A stretch of 64,000 nt of DNA from an uncultured candidate division Zixibacteria bacterium (GCA_963702205.1 OY969724.1:3200001-3264000), one strand, 5' to 3'. Numbered from the stretch's first letter, positions 1-10,083 are shown. The notes: generated by a model not told the origin, from the sequence alone. Made by a program: numbers and translations.

Positions 1-1174
1 TCATCAGGTGTATGAACAGCCAAATCAGCCAGCCGAAATAGCCGCCAATTTTCAGACGGCCGATCCTGGCGACGGCTTCGGAACGACCGATGGTCGCCAT
101 GATGCCACGATCAATGTATTTGAATTGCGGCGTTTGGCGATTGGTCAGAATGTTTTTTATTCTTCGGGCGGCGTATCGTCCCTGCTGGACCGCTACGGGT
201 GCTACACCTGTAAGAGGTTTCCCGGCAGAATCTTCAATACATGCCAAATCCCCGGCCACGAAGATCTCGGGGAATCCCGGGAGCGAAAGATCGTCGGCGA
301 CTTTAATCCTCCCGGTGCGATCGACTTCCAGATTGGTTCTTTCGGCCAGCACTTTGCCCAGTGGCGAGGCTTTAACGCCAGCCGCCCACAGAATTGTCCG
401 GCTGTTCAGGATTTCCCCTTTTCCACCGGAACTGACTTTAACGTAGCCATCGCCGATTTCGGTTACCGGGAAATCGGTCATAACTGTCACCCCCAATTTA
501 TTCAAAGCGCGGACGGCATTGTCGATCAATGAATCGGGATAGGCGGGCAGGATTTTGGGTCCGGCTTCAATCAACGTGATCTTTGCCCGGGCGGTATCGT
601 ACGATTTAAAATCATGCCGGAAAGCATCGTGCGCAATTTCACCCAGCGTTCCGGCCAGTTCCACCCCGGTCGGTCCCCCGCCGATGATAATGAAATTCAT
701 CCAGCTTTCAACGGCTTGCTCGTCCGATTCTCTTTCCGCGGTTTCGAACGCCAGTAATATCCGCTTGCGTATTTCGAGCGCATCCTCGACCGTTTTAAGT
801 CCCGGAGCGTGCTCGATCCAATTGTCGTGACCGAAATAAGAATGGCTCGATCCGGTGGCGACGATTAAATGATCATAGGATATTTCCCCGTCGCTCAATA
901 CGACCTTCTTTTCATACGGCTTAAAATCGGTTACTTCGGCCATCATGACCCGCACGTTTTTCTGCCGACGTAAGATACGCCGCAAAGGTGAAGCGATATC
1001 CGCCGGAGACAGGGCCGCCGTGGCTACTTGATATAAAAGTGGTTGAAAAAGGTGGAAATTGCGCCGGTCTATCAGAGTTATTTCCGCCGGAACCCTGTTC
1101 AGAGCCCGCACGGCATTCAAACCGGCAAAGCCACCTCCGAGAACGACGATATGCTGCAGATGATTTCCAGTCAT
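1..1174 (-). CDS. ndh: Type II NADH:quinone oxidoreductase (NDH-2), 3' end beyond the window
   Basis: Not in the ORF track. Manual translation from ATG 1174 gives MTGNHLQHIVVLGGGFAGLNAVRAL...DRRNFHLFQPLLYQVAT, with a second IIGGGPTGVELAG motif and C-terminal GYFGWLIWLFIHLM. GGAG SD upstream. Confidence 0.93.
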   Translation of the reverse strand, partial: MTGNHLQHIVVLGGGFAGLNAVRALNRVPAEITLIDRRNFHLFQPLLYQVATAALSPADIASPLRRILRRQKNVRVMMAEVTDFKPYEKKVVLSDGEISYDHLIVATGSSHSYFGHDNWIEHAPGLKTVEDALEIRKRILLAFETAERESDEQAVESWMNFIIIGGGPTGVELAGTLGEIAHDAFRHDFKSYDTARAKITLIEAGPKILPAYPDSLIDNAVRALNKLGVTVMTDFPVTEIGDGYVKVSSGGKGEILNSRTILWAAGVKASPLGKVLAERTNLEVDRTGRIKVADDLSLPGFPEIFVAGDLACIEDSAGKPLTGVAPVAVQQGRYAARRIKNILTNRQTPQFKYIDRGIMATIGRSEAVARIGRLKIGGYFGWLIWLFIHLM

Positions 1175-1321
1175 TCAATTCACTCCTTTGGTTCAAGAAC
1201 AGCGATAGTTTTCAAAGGTTCGGGGAATATCCGGACTGTTTGCACTAATGTTGCATTTGTCTCTTGACATTGAGTACGAAATATAATACGGTATGCCGAA
1301 ATTAACGAACCTGATGTTGAT

Positions 1322-2722
1322 ATGGCAAAAATGTCGGCACCGATAAATATCGACTCGAAGGGCAACATTTCCATCACATTGAATCTCAAGCTGGTTTTCA
1401 GGCTTATTATAATCCTGGGCTTGTCGTTCGGCGCGTATTATATCCCCCTGTCGGGATTAGAGACGGGCAGCCGGATCTGCCTTATGATATTTATCGGGGC
1501 GGCTGCTCTCTGGGTCACCGAGACCATTCCCCCGTTTGCGACGGCTATCATGGTTATCGTTCTGAGCGTATTTCTTCTCGGACAGCCGGGCGGACCGCTC
1601 GGCTTTGACCGATCCGGCTATGAAATTTTTCTGAACCCGATTGCCTCTCCGGTTCTGGTTCTGTTTTTCGGCGGTTTCATTCTGGCTATCGCCGCCACCA
1701 AGCATGGCCTCGACGTCCGCATGGCGCGGGCCTTCATCAAGCCGTTCGGGACCCATCCGCGGATGGTGTTGTTGGGCATAATACTCACTACCGGCGTCTT
1801 TTCCATGTTCATGTCGAACACGGCCACGACCGCTATGATGATCGCGATTATGACCCCGCTGTTTAAACATTTCGAGGGCCGCGATCCGTTCAAGAAAGCG
1901 ATGGTTCTCGCGATTCCTTTTGCATCGAATATCGGCGGACTGGGGACGATCATCGGCACGCCGCCCAACGCCGTCGCCGCGTCGGTCATGGCCGGGCTGG
2001 GGCATCCCATATCGTTTTTCAAGTGGATGCTGGTCGGTGCGCCATTGGCCGCTTTGCTCCTGATCGGTTTGTGGATTGTACTTATAAAATTTTTCAAAAT
2101 TCGTACGGATCATTTCGAAATGCTTTTCCCCGAACAGCTCAAGGTATCCTGGGATCTGCTGGTGGTCGTGATTACTTTTGCCGTCACGATCCTGCTCTGG
2201 CTAACCGAACCGTTGCACGGCATCCCGGCGGCGGTGGCGGCCCTGCTGCCGGTAATGATATTCACTGTTTTCGGAATCATCGACCGTTATGATATGAAGA
2301 AACTCGACTGGGATGTCTTGATACTGGTCGCGGGCGGACTGACTCTGGGCGTGGCGATGAAAGTCTCGGGCTTATCCGAAGTACTGGTTAATCAGCTCAA
2401 GTTTTTGCATATGGGTTCGTTGGCGCTCCTGATCATTATCATAATATTTTCCATCTTGATATCGAATTTCATGAGCAATACATCGGCCGCCAACCTTATA
2501 ATCCCGATTGTAACCGCCCTGGCAACGATAGATCCCGGTGTCGGGGCGATGGGTGTCGCGTTCGCCTGTTCCATGGCCATGAGCCTGCCGATAAGTACTC
2601 CCCCCAATGCCATTGCCTTCGCCACCCAGGAGATAGAAACTCGTGAAATGGTCAAGTACGGGACTATTGTCTCCGTTATTGGGCTGGTTCTGATTGTCGG
2701 GCTGATGTTTATACTAATGTAG
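1322..2722 (+). CDS. SLC13/DASS family anion permease
   Basis: Two SNT motifs (MSNTATT, MSNTSAA), GTPPN and STPPN motifs, many TM helices. Confidence 0.9.
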   Translation: MAKMSAPINIDSKGNISITLNLKLVFRLIIILGLSFGAYYIPLSGLETGSRICLMIFIGAAALWVTETIPPFATAIMVIVLSVFLLGQPGGPLGFDRSGYEIFLNPIASPVLVLFFGGFILAIAATKHGLDVRMARAFIKPFGTHPRMVLLGIILTTGVFSMFMSNTATTAMMIAIMTPLFKHFEGRDPFKKAMVLAIPFASNIGGLGTIIGTPPNAVAASVMAGLGHPISFFKWMLVGAPLAALLLIGLWIVLIKFFKIRTDHFEMLFPEQLKVSWDLLVVVITFAVTILLWLTEPLHGIPAAVAALLPVMIFTVFGIIDRYDMKKLDWDVLILVAGGLTLGVAMKVSGLSEVLVNQLKFLHMGSLALLIIIIIFSILISNFMSNTSAANLIIPIVTALATIDPGVGAMGVAFACSMAMSLPISTPPNAIAFATQEIETREMVKYGTIVSVIGLVLIVGLMFILM

Positions 2723-2854
2723 TGGTTTTTCTCAATTAAACACTAACTTATCCATAAACCCAAAAAATAATTTGAAAAAACTTGTTGGCCTCGCTCTCTG
2801 ATCCGGCTATTTTCGTGGATAGAATATATCAACGTTTAACCGGGGTATGGCTGG

Positions 2855-4210
2855 ATGGATACATTAGCTCTTTCACGGTTTCAATTCGCCCTGACGATAG
2901 GATTTCATTACATATTTCCACCCTTGAGTATCGGCCTGGGCCTTATACTGGTCCTGATGGAAGGCATGTACATTAAAACGAAAAAACCGCTGTACCATCA
3001 GATGACCCGATTCTGGGTGAAAATATTCGGGCTTATATTCGCGATCGGTGTGGCCACCGGGATTGTCATGGAATTTCAGTTCGGCACCAACTGGTCGGTT
3101 TACTCGCGGTTTGTGGGCGACGTGTTCGGCAGTGCGCTGGCCGCCGAGGGCGTCTTCGCGTTCTTTCTCGAATCGGGCTTTCTGGCCGTGCTGCTTTTCG
3201 GCTGGACCAAAGTCAGTCGCGGGTGGCATTTCGTCGCGACCATCATGGTTTGCCTCGGCGCTCATTTTTCGGCAATCTGGATTGTCGTCGCCAATTCGTG
3301 GCAGCAGACTCCCGACGGTTTCCATATTGTCGAGCACGCCGGGATTCCAAGAGCGGAAATCGTCGATTTCTGGAGAGTGGTTTTCAACCCATCGTTTCTC
3401 GACCGTATTTCGCACGTCTATGTGTCGGCGTGGTTGAGTGCGGCGATGTTTGTATTGAGTGTCAGCGCGTGGTATATATTGAAAAACAAACATCTCGATT
3501 TCGCCAAGCGTTCCTTTAAAATCGGAATAGTTTTCGCAGCCTTCGCATCGATTCTTCAGCTTTTCACCGGGCACGAAAGCGCCAGGACGCTGGCCGAAAC
3601 CCAGCCGGCCAAACTGGCTTCTTATGAAGGTCATTGGCTGACCTCAGAACCGGCCGGGCTGTATATGTTCGGGTGGGTCGACGAAAACAACCAGCAAACT
3701 TATGGACTTAAAATCCCCGGCATGTTGAGCTATCTGGTCGGCGGTTCCACCACGTCTCGGGTGACCGGTTTGGATACTTTCAAACCGGAAGATAGGCCCC
3801 CGATCAACGTAGTCTTTCAATCGTACCATATTATGGTCTTGATTGGCCTGTCCCTGATCCTGCTCAGCTGGGTGGGGCTGATACTCTGGTGGCGAAAATC
3901 ACTGTTCAGGATACGCTGGCTGCTGTGGGTTTTTGTCTTTTCGGTATTGGGGCCCCAGCTGGCCAATCAACTGGGCTGGATGTCGGCCGAAGTGGGCCGA
4001 CAGCCGTGGATTGTCTACGGCCTGCTCCGCACCAAAGATGCCTTTTCGCCGGTCGTTTCGAGCGGCGAAGTGATTTCTTCGCTTATTATGTTTTCAGCGA
4101 TATACATTCTGCTCCTGGCCCTGTTCGTCTTTCTCCTGAACATGAAAATCCAGGCTGGTCCATCGGATGATGACCTTAACGTGGAGGTGGCGACTCATGG
4201 GATGGCTTGA
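2855..4210 (+). CDS. cydA: Cytochrome bd ubiquinol oxidase subunit I (short Q-loop type)
   Basis: SRFQFA..FHYIF, FQFGTNW, QPAKLA.YEG, EVGRQPW motifs. Confidence 0.97.
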   Translation: MDTLALSRFQFALTIGFHYIFPPLSIGLGLILVLMEGMYIKTKKPLYHQMTRFWVKIFGLIFAIGVATGIVMEFQFGTNWSVYSRFVGDVFGSALAAEGVFAFFLESGFLAVLLFGWTKVSRGWHFVATIMVCLGAHFSAIWIVVANSWQQTPDGFHIVEHAGIPRAEIVDFWRVVFNPSFLDRISHVYVSAWLSAAMFVLSVSAWYILKNKHLDFAKRSFKIGIVFAAFASILQLFTGHESARTLAETQPAKLASYEGHWLTSEPAGLYMFGWVDENNQQTYGLKIPGMLSYLVGGSTTSRVTGLDTFKPEDRPPINVVFQSYHIMVLIGLSLILLSWVGLILWWRKSLFRIRWLLWVFVFSVLGPQLANQLGWMSAEVGRQPWIVYGLLRTKDAFSPVVSSGEVISSLIMFSAIYILLLALFVFLLNMKIQAGPSDDDLNVEVATHGMA

Positions 4211-5222
4211 TCTGAACAGTATCTGGTTTATTCTGGTCGGCGTTCTGTTTTCCGGCTACGCCGTCCTCGACGGCTTCGACCTGGGCGTGGGGGCCCTGCA
4301 CCTGTTCACCAGGGGTGACACGCACCGTCGCCTCATGATTAACGCTATCGGCCCGGTCTGGGACGGCAACGAAGTCTGGCTGGTAACGGGCGGCGGCGCG
4401 TTATTTGCGGCCTTTCCGATCGTCTACGCGACAGCATTCTCCGGGTTTTATATCGCTCTTATGCTGCTTCTGTTCGCTCTGATATTCCGCGCCGTGGCGA
4501 TCGAGTTCAGGAGTAAAAAACCGGAGTATGCCTGGCGGCAAACGTGGGATGTGAGTTTCAGCATCAGCAGTATTTTATCGGCTCTTCTAATCGGAGTTGC
4601 TCTGGGCAACATCGCCAAAGGCGTCCCGCTCGATGTCTCAGGAGAATATGCCGGTTCATTTTTCGGATTGCTTCACCCCTACCCGGTCCTGGTAGGTGTC
4701 ACGACGGTGGCGCTGTTTGCCATGCACGGGGCAATATACATACTGCTTAAATCCGAGGGCGAGCTGCACGATCTGATCCGCTCCTGGATCAACCGGCTGA
4801 TTATAATATTTATGGTGCTTTATGTAGCTACTTCCGTGGTGACCATAGTGTTTATGCCGCAGATGACCGCCGCTTTTAAAGAAGCTCCGATTTTGTTTAT
4901 AGTACCGGTCTTGAATGCGCTGGCCATCGCCAATATTCCGAGGGAAGTACATCACGGCCGCGACTGGCGGGCGTTCGTGTCATCGTGCTTTTCCATGATA
5001 TTCCTGCTGGCGATTTTCGGGATCGGCATGTACCCTCACATGATTTATTCGGTCCCGAATCCCGAGCATAGCCTGGATATCTATAATGCCGCGTCGTCGC
5101 AAAAGACTTTGAAAATAATGCTGACAATCGCCCTGGTCGGCATGCCGCTGGTGATTGCCTACACGACCGTCATCTACCGGATATTCCGGGGTAAGGTTCA
5201 ACTGGATGCAACCAGCTATTAG
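4197..5222 (+). CDS. cydB: Cytochrome bd ubiquinol oxidase subunit II
   Basis: LDGFDLGVG and GPVWDGNEVWL motifs; ATG 4197 with GGAGG SD, overlapping the cydA end. Confidence 0.96.
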   Translation: MGWLDLNSIWFILVGVLFSGYAVLDGFDLGVGALHLFTRGDTHRRLMINAIGPVWDGNEVWLVTGGGALFAAFPIVYATAFSGFYIALMLLLFALIFRAVAIEFRSKKPEYAWRQTWDVSFSISSILSALLIGVALGNIAKGVPLDVSGEYAGSFFGLLHPYPVLVGVTTVALFAMHGAIYILLKSEGELHDLIRSWINRLIIIFMVLYVATSVVTIVFMPQMTAAFKEAPILFIVPVLNALAIANIPREVHHGRDWRAFVSSCFSMIFLLAIFGIGMYPHMIYSVPNPEHSLDIYNAASSQKTLKIMLTIALVGMPLVIAYTTVIYRIFRGKVQLDATSY

Positions 5223-5261
5223 GGATAAAGCCGGGACAAGTATGCGTCCTGGAGCAAAAGA

Positions 5262-6077
5262 ATGATTGAATGGTTCGAGGATTTAAACCCGGTCGGGCAG
5301 GCCTTTGCGGGGACTATATTCACGTGGCTGATGACGGCTCTGGGGGCGGCCGGGGTGTTTCTCGCCCGGGAGATGAAGCGCAAGACGCTCGACGGCATGC
5401 TCGGCTTCGCAGCCGGAGTGATGATTGCCGCCAGCTTCTGGTCACTTCTGGCTCCGGCGATTGAAATGTCCGAGGGCAAATCAATTCCGGCCTGGATTCC
5501 GGCGGCAATTGGATTCCTGGGCGGGGCACTGTTCCTTCGACTGACAGATTTCATCCTCCCGCACCTTCATCCCAGCTTAAAGAACTCAGAGGAGCCGGAA
5601 GGCATCAAGACTACTTGGCGCCGGACAACGCTGCTGGTGCTGGCGATAACATTGCATAATTTCCCCGAAGGGCTGGCGGTCGGGGTGGCGTTCGGTGCCG
5701 CCGCAGCGGGTCTGGAGTCGGCCACGCTGGCCAGTGCCATCGCGCTGGCTCTGGGGATCGGTATACAGAACTTTCCCGAGGGGCTGGCAGTGTCGATGCC
5801 GCTGCGAAGAGAGAAGGTGTCGCGGTTCAAGAGTTTCTGGTATGGTCAACTGTCAGGTGTGGTCGAGCCGATTGCGGGTGTGATTGGAGCAGCGACGGTT
5901 ATAATTGCCCGGCCTATTCTACCCTATGCCCTGTCGTTTGCTGCGGGGGCGATGATTTTTGTGGTGGTCGAAGAAATGGTGCCGGAATCGCACCGGGGTG
6001 GCCACAATCACGCCGCCACCCTCGGAGCCGTCCTCGGGTTTGCGGTCATGATGACTCTGGACGTAGCTCTTGGCTGA
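5262..6077 (+). CDS. ZIP family (ZupT/GufA-like) metal transporter
   Basis: LHNFPEG and IQNFPEG motifs, GFAAGVMIAAS, LPHLH loop. Confidence 0.93.
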   Translation: MIEWFEDLNPVGQAFAGTIFTWLMTALGAAGVFLAREMKRKTLDGMLGFAAGVMIAASFWSLLAPAIEMSEGKSIPAWIPAAIGFLGGALFLRLTDFILPHLHPSLKNSEEPEGIKTTWRRTTLLVLAITLHNFPEGLAVGVAFGAAAAGLESATLASAIALALGIGIQNFPEGLAVSMPLRREKVSRFKSFWYGQLSGVVEPIAGVIGAATVIIARPILPYALSFAAGAMIFVVVEEMVPESHRGGHNHAATLGAVLGFAVMMTLDVALG

Positions 6078-6109
6078 TTAGATTATTATGGCTCCAATAA
6101 AGTCCGACT

Positions 6110-6628
6110 CTACAGGCAGAGCATGGTCGGTTTTGTTTTGCGGTGACGATATATATAATCTACGGCCCCGTAAAATATCAGGACAAGAACGGCCATGGCG
6201 ACGATCATCGGATTCAAATCGGCGCTCTTAAAGAGAGTGCCTATATAATCTATCAAATTGAAACTCAATATGGCCTTTACATAGCCCAAGCCGTATGAAA
6301 ATTCCGGCCAGCTTTTGGGGATGGCATCGAAATAGTACAAAACGCCGCAAACCATCGCCGCCGCACCAATTATATAAAAAACCGGCTCCCAAAAACGCCA
6401 CTGCCGGGCCGTAACGGCTTCGGGATATACTTCGGCCATCACCTTGTCGGCGAAATTGTACGGAAACCGGAATTCGGAATCATCGCCCAGGCCCTGAAAG
6501 ACAAGACGATACTCCTCGATACGTGACCGGCATTGTTCGCACGATTCGAGATGCTTTTCAATATCCGGCGCACATGCACCATCGAGATAGTCCTGAATCG
6601 CCTGATCGTCAAGATGACCTAATTCCAT
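6110..6628 (-). CDS. Membrane-anchored zf-HC2 anti-sigma factor
   Basis: HL..IQDYLDG...HLESCEQC (HxxxCxxC), two TM segments, overlaps the ECF sigma stop. Confidence 0.85.
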   Translation of the reverse strand: MELGHLDDQAIQDYLDGACAPDIEKHLESCEQCRSRIEEYRLVFQGLGDDSEFRFPYNFADKVMAEVYPEAVTARQWRFWEPVFYIIGAAAMVCGVLYYFDAIPKSWPEFSYGLGYVKAILSFNLIDYIGTLFKSADLNPMIVAMAVLVLIFYGAVDYIYRHRKTKPTMLCL

Positions 6629-7203
6629 AAATCCTCCTGGCTGTAACGAGCCAAAAGTCTTTCTTTCAACAGTTTCCGTCCTCGGAAAATATAGCTTTTT
6701 ATGGTTCCCTCGGGAACTTTCATAATATCGGTAATCTCATTATAAGACATACCGTCCAGATGATACAAAGTCAATGCCGTTTTATAATATACAGGCAGTT
6801 TATCGATTTCATTCCTGACCAGTTCGGATATGACTTTCCGCTCGGTATGCACATCCGGGGAGGAGACCCGGGGTATGTCGGCCTCAGTATCTTCGTAATC
6901 GAGGACGGCTTCATCGACCAGTGGAATATTTTTCTTTTCGACAAAGCTCAAGCCCATATTATAGGCGATCCGGGCTATCCACGTGGACAGTTTGGCCTCG
7001 CGCCGGAAATTAGAAAGATTCCGATACACCCTGATAAACACCTCCTGACACAAATCTTCGCGGTCCTGACGGTCGCTAACCATCCGGAAAATAATATGGC
7101 TGACCAGACGCTGGTTTTGTTCGATCAGTTTCCTGAAGGCAGCTTTATTGCCGCTCAGGATTTCGTCGATCAGCGCGCCGGATTCGGGCGGACCATCGTT
7201 CAT
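6619..7203 (-). CDS. ECF sigma-70 factor
   Basis: EDLCQEVFIRVY, STWIARIAYN, SYNEI..IMKVPEGTIKSYIFRGR. Start placed at ATG 7203 because the upstream ATG 7227 lies inside the promoter motif. Confidence 0.92.
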   Translation of the reverse strand: MNDGPPESGALIDEILSGNKAAFRKLIEQNQRLVSHIIFRMVSDRQDREDLCQEVFIRVYRNLSNFRREAKLSTWIARIAYNMGLSFVEKKNIPLVDEAVLDYEDTEADIPRVSSPDVHTERKVISELVRNEIDKLPVYYKTALTLYHLDGMSYNEITDIMKVPEGTIKSYIFRGRKLLKERLLARYSQEDLWN

Positions 7204-7210
7204 ATATAGA

Positions 7211-7239
7211 TTTGACCTCGTTTCCATGAATTTGTTGCA
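7211..7239 (-). promoter_or_regulatory. Putative ECF promoter for the sigma gene (TGCAAC-N17-GTCAAA)
   Basis: Fits the AAC/GTC ECF promoter pattern; same -35 and spacing as the divergent motif at 7260. Confidence 0.65.
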
Positions 7240-7259
7240 GCAATATTTTCATAACGCTC

Positions 7260-7288
7260 TGCAACATTTTCCGACGGGTCAAGTCTAA
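7260..7288 (+). promoter_or_regulatory. Putative ECF promoter for the 7321 gene (TGCAAC-N17-GTCTAA)
   Basis: Fits the AAC/GTCT ECF promoter pattern; lies upstream of an AAGGAG SD. Confidence 0.7.
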
Positions 7289-7320
7289 CTTGTCAAAAGC
7301 GAACAAGAAAGGAGAAAATA

Positions 7321-7704
7321 ATGTTTCAAGCCGATTTTATAGGGCCTCTGAGCTTTTTCGTGGCCTGCATTCTAATAGTCAAAATCGTGCTCGACTATCG
7401 CCTCAAACGCAAGCTTTTGGAGAGGGGCGAAATCGACAAGAACGTGACTTCATTATTTTGCAACAGGTCAGAATATTTCGCCCCCACCTCGCTGAAATGG
7501 GGCATGGTGCTGATCGGCATCGGGCTGGCAGTCGTTATCAGCCAGATGCTTCCGTATGATTATGACCGAGGGGAAATCACTTTCAGCCTTATGTTGATAT
7601 TCGCCGGAGCCGGGCTCCTGATTTATTACTTTATCGCCAACAAGAAGATGAAGGAATACCGCGAAAATCAAAAATACAATTCTCCTTCTCCACCCAGCGT
7701 GTAA
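7321..7704 (+). CDS. Small membrane protein (DUF6249-like)
   Basis: R..LLERG...SLKWGMVLIGIGLA...LIFAGAGLLIYY; divergent from the ECF sigma; AGGAG SD. Confidence 0.7.
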   Translation: MFQADFIGPLSFFVACILIVKIVLDYRLKRKLLERGEIDKNVTSLFCNRSEYFAPTSLKWGMVLIGIGLAVVISQMLPYDYDRGEITFSLMLIFAGAGLLIYYFIANKKMKEYRENQKYNSPSPPSV

Positions 7705-7722
7705 CCACCTGGTGGAACCCTG

Positions 7723-7752
7723 AAAAGCCTCCCAACCACGGGGGGCTTTTTT
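7723..7752 (+). terminator. Rho-independent terminator
   Basis: AAAAGCCTCCC-loop-GGGGGGCTTTTTT. Confidence 0.8.
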
Positions 7753-7846
7753 ATTATTTTGAGTACATCCGGGAAGAAATTCGTCTTAACTGTGTAATCC
7801 CCTCAGAGACCAAGTCAAACCAAATCACCAGTTAAGGAGGTGGATT

Positions 7847-9923
7847 ATGCGATCCATGGCCAAAACCGCAATCATCCTCGCCTCGATTGCCCTTATCACT
7901 ATCCCTCTGCTGCTTTTCGCCGGGGAAACCGGCAAGGTCAAAGGCACCGTCGTCAACAAAGAAACCGGCGATCCCATACCGGGAGCCGCCGTCCAGCTTT
8001 TGGGCACTATGCAAGGATGTGTCACTGACAGTCTGGGCAAGTTTATGGTCGTGCTGGTAGCACCGGGCGAATATACCGTGAAAGCATCGGCGGTCGGATA
8101 TACGCCGGTCGAAATGTCACAGGTAGTCATCAGTGCCGACCTCACCACGGACATAAGAATCGAACTGACTCCGGCTCCAACCGACCCCGGTAAAGTGATC
8201 AAAGTCACTGCGGACCGCAACAAGATCGATATCCATAAGGTATCGGACGAATCCGGAAATAACAGTACAAACCTGCCTTTAACCAGTGTCGATGATATGC
8301 TTAAAAAAACAGCCGGTGTCATAACTGATAAGAACGGCGAAATAATTATCAGTGGCGGTCGGGCCGGTGAAGTTGCTTATATCATTGAAGGCGTCTCTGG
8401 CAGCGATCCCTTGGGAGCAGGTAACCGACAGGCAATCGAGGTCAATAAACGAGCCGCCGCTCAACAAAATGCACCGGGCTATTATTCATTTTGCTATCCG
8501 CCTCCGGCGCACGGTGGGACAAGCATCGTCAACGGTGAACCGTTCGATGCCATGTTCTTCGAAAGCTATGGGGTTAACCCGTTTGTCGATACCGAGGACG
8601 ATCACCTGTCGACTTTCGCGACCGACGTCGACGATGCCTCATTCGTCATGGCGCGGTCGTACCTCGAACGCGGCGAACTTCCGCCCAAGGACGCCATCCG
8701 GGCCGAAGAGTTCATCAATCATTTCGATTATGAATACACCGCCCCCGAGGAAGCACCGTTTGCGGTCTTTGTCGAAGGCGGACCGTCGCGTTTCGGGCAG
8801 AACAGCCGCCTGATGCGGACCGGCATCAAGGGTCGTCAGATCAACCCGGAAAACCGAAAACCGGCCAATCTGGTCTTTGTCATAGATGTATCCGGTTCGA
8901 TGGACCGCGAGGACCGTCTGGAACTGGTTAAAAAAGGCCTGAGGTTTCTCATTAATCAATTGAATAATCAAGACAGGGTCGGTATTGTCGTCTATGGTTC
9001 AAACGGGCGGGTTTTGCTGAGACCGACGTCTATCGGTCGCCGAGGAGAAATCCTGAGCGCGATTGAAAGTCTTGGACCCGATGGTTCCACCAATGCCCAG
9101 GAAGGGCTCATGCTGGGTTATGATATGGCCGACCGTATGTTCGAACCCGGGAAGACCAACCGGATTATTCTCTGCTCTGATGGGGTCGCCAACGTCGGCA
9201 TCACCCGCGCCGAAGATCTTCTAAAAGACATCAAGCGGTATGCCGACAAAGGTATTACTCTCTCGGCGATCGGGTTCGGCATGGGTAATTACAACGACAT
9301 CCTGATGGAAAAATTGGGGGATAAAGGCAACGGGCATTATGCCTATGTCGATGATATCCGCGAAGCCAAGCGGGTGTTTGTTGACAATCTGACCGGTATG
9401 CTCGAAGTCATCGCGCGTGACGTCAAGATCCAGGTCGATTTCAATCCGGAAGTCGTCCGTTCATACCGCCTGATCGGTTATGAAAACCGCGACGTGGCGG
9501 ACAATAAATTTCGCGACGACAAAGAAGACGGCGGCGAAATCGGGGCCGGGCACGACGTTACCGCTCTGTATGAAATCAAGCTGCAGCGTAGTGTGCCCAT
9601 CGAGCATTTCGCAAAAGTTTATATCCGTTACAAGGCCCCCAATGAAATGAACCGGGCCGATGAAATCGAGTTCACGGTCGACCGCGGAGATTTTCACGAC
9701 AATATTGATAAGTGTAGTCCTTCGTTCAAGCTCGCGGCAGCCTCGGCCGAATTCGCCGAGATTCTGCGCAAATCGGTACTGGGCCAAAAACTCTAACCTG
9801 AGTGACGTGCTCGATTTGGCGCTGGACGTCTACAATGCCAAGCAGTCGCCGGAAGTGCTGGAGTTCATGAATATGGTTTCGATGGCTCGTCAACTTGGCG
9901 ACCAGAGAGCCGAAAAAGAATAA
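7847..9923 (+). CDS. Secreted carboxypeptidase-regulatory-like + plug-like + vWA (YfbK/DUF3520-like) protein, with an apparent +1 frameshift near 9775
   Basis: Signal peptide; GKVKGTV..GDPIPGA; STFATDVDDAS; MIDAS DVSGS; YRLIGYENR. The ORF stops at 9796 but the natural C-terminus continues in another frame to 9923. Confidence 0.85.
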
Positions 9924-9962
9924 CATACAATGCACCGTACGTACAAAACTCCCGGTTGTTGA

Positions 9963-10083
9963 TGTTCCGTCAGGTCATGTCCCGATGAAATTGGGATGAG
10001 ACCTGACGGCTTTCTTAAACGCCCCGACGCACGGGACCGCCGGGTCTCATTCCCGCTACGCGGGAACATGACCCGGCGGAACA
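9963..10083. repeat. Inverted pair of ~46-bp REP-like hairpins (REPIN-like)
   Basis: CCGTCAGGTC...GACCTGACGG (9967-10009) and CCGCCGGGTC...GACCCGGCGG (10037-10079) are diverged inverted copies, both preceded by TGTT on their own strand. Confidence 0.75.

Noticed and set aside
8..1389. Short ORFs in the first 1.4 kb of the track
   Set aside because: They overlap the minus-strand ndh gene, which the track missed because it lacks a stop inside the window.
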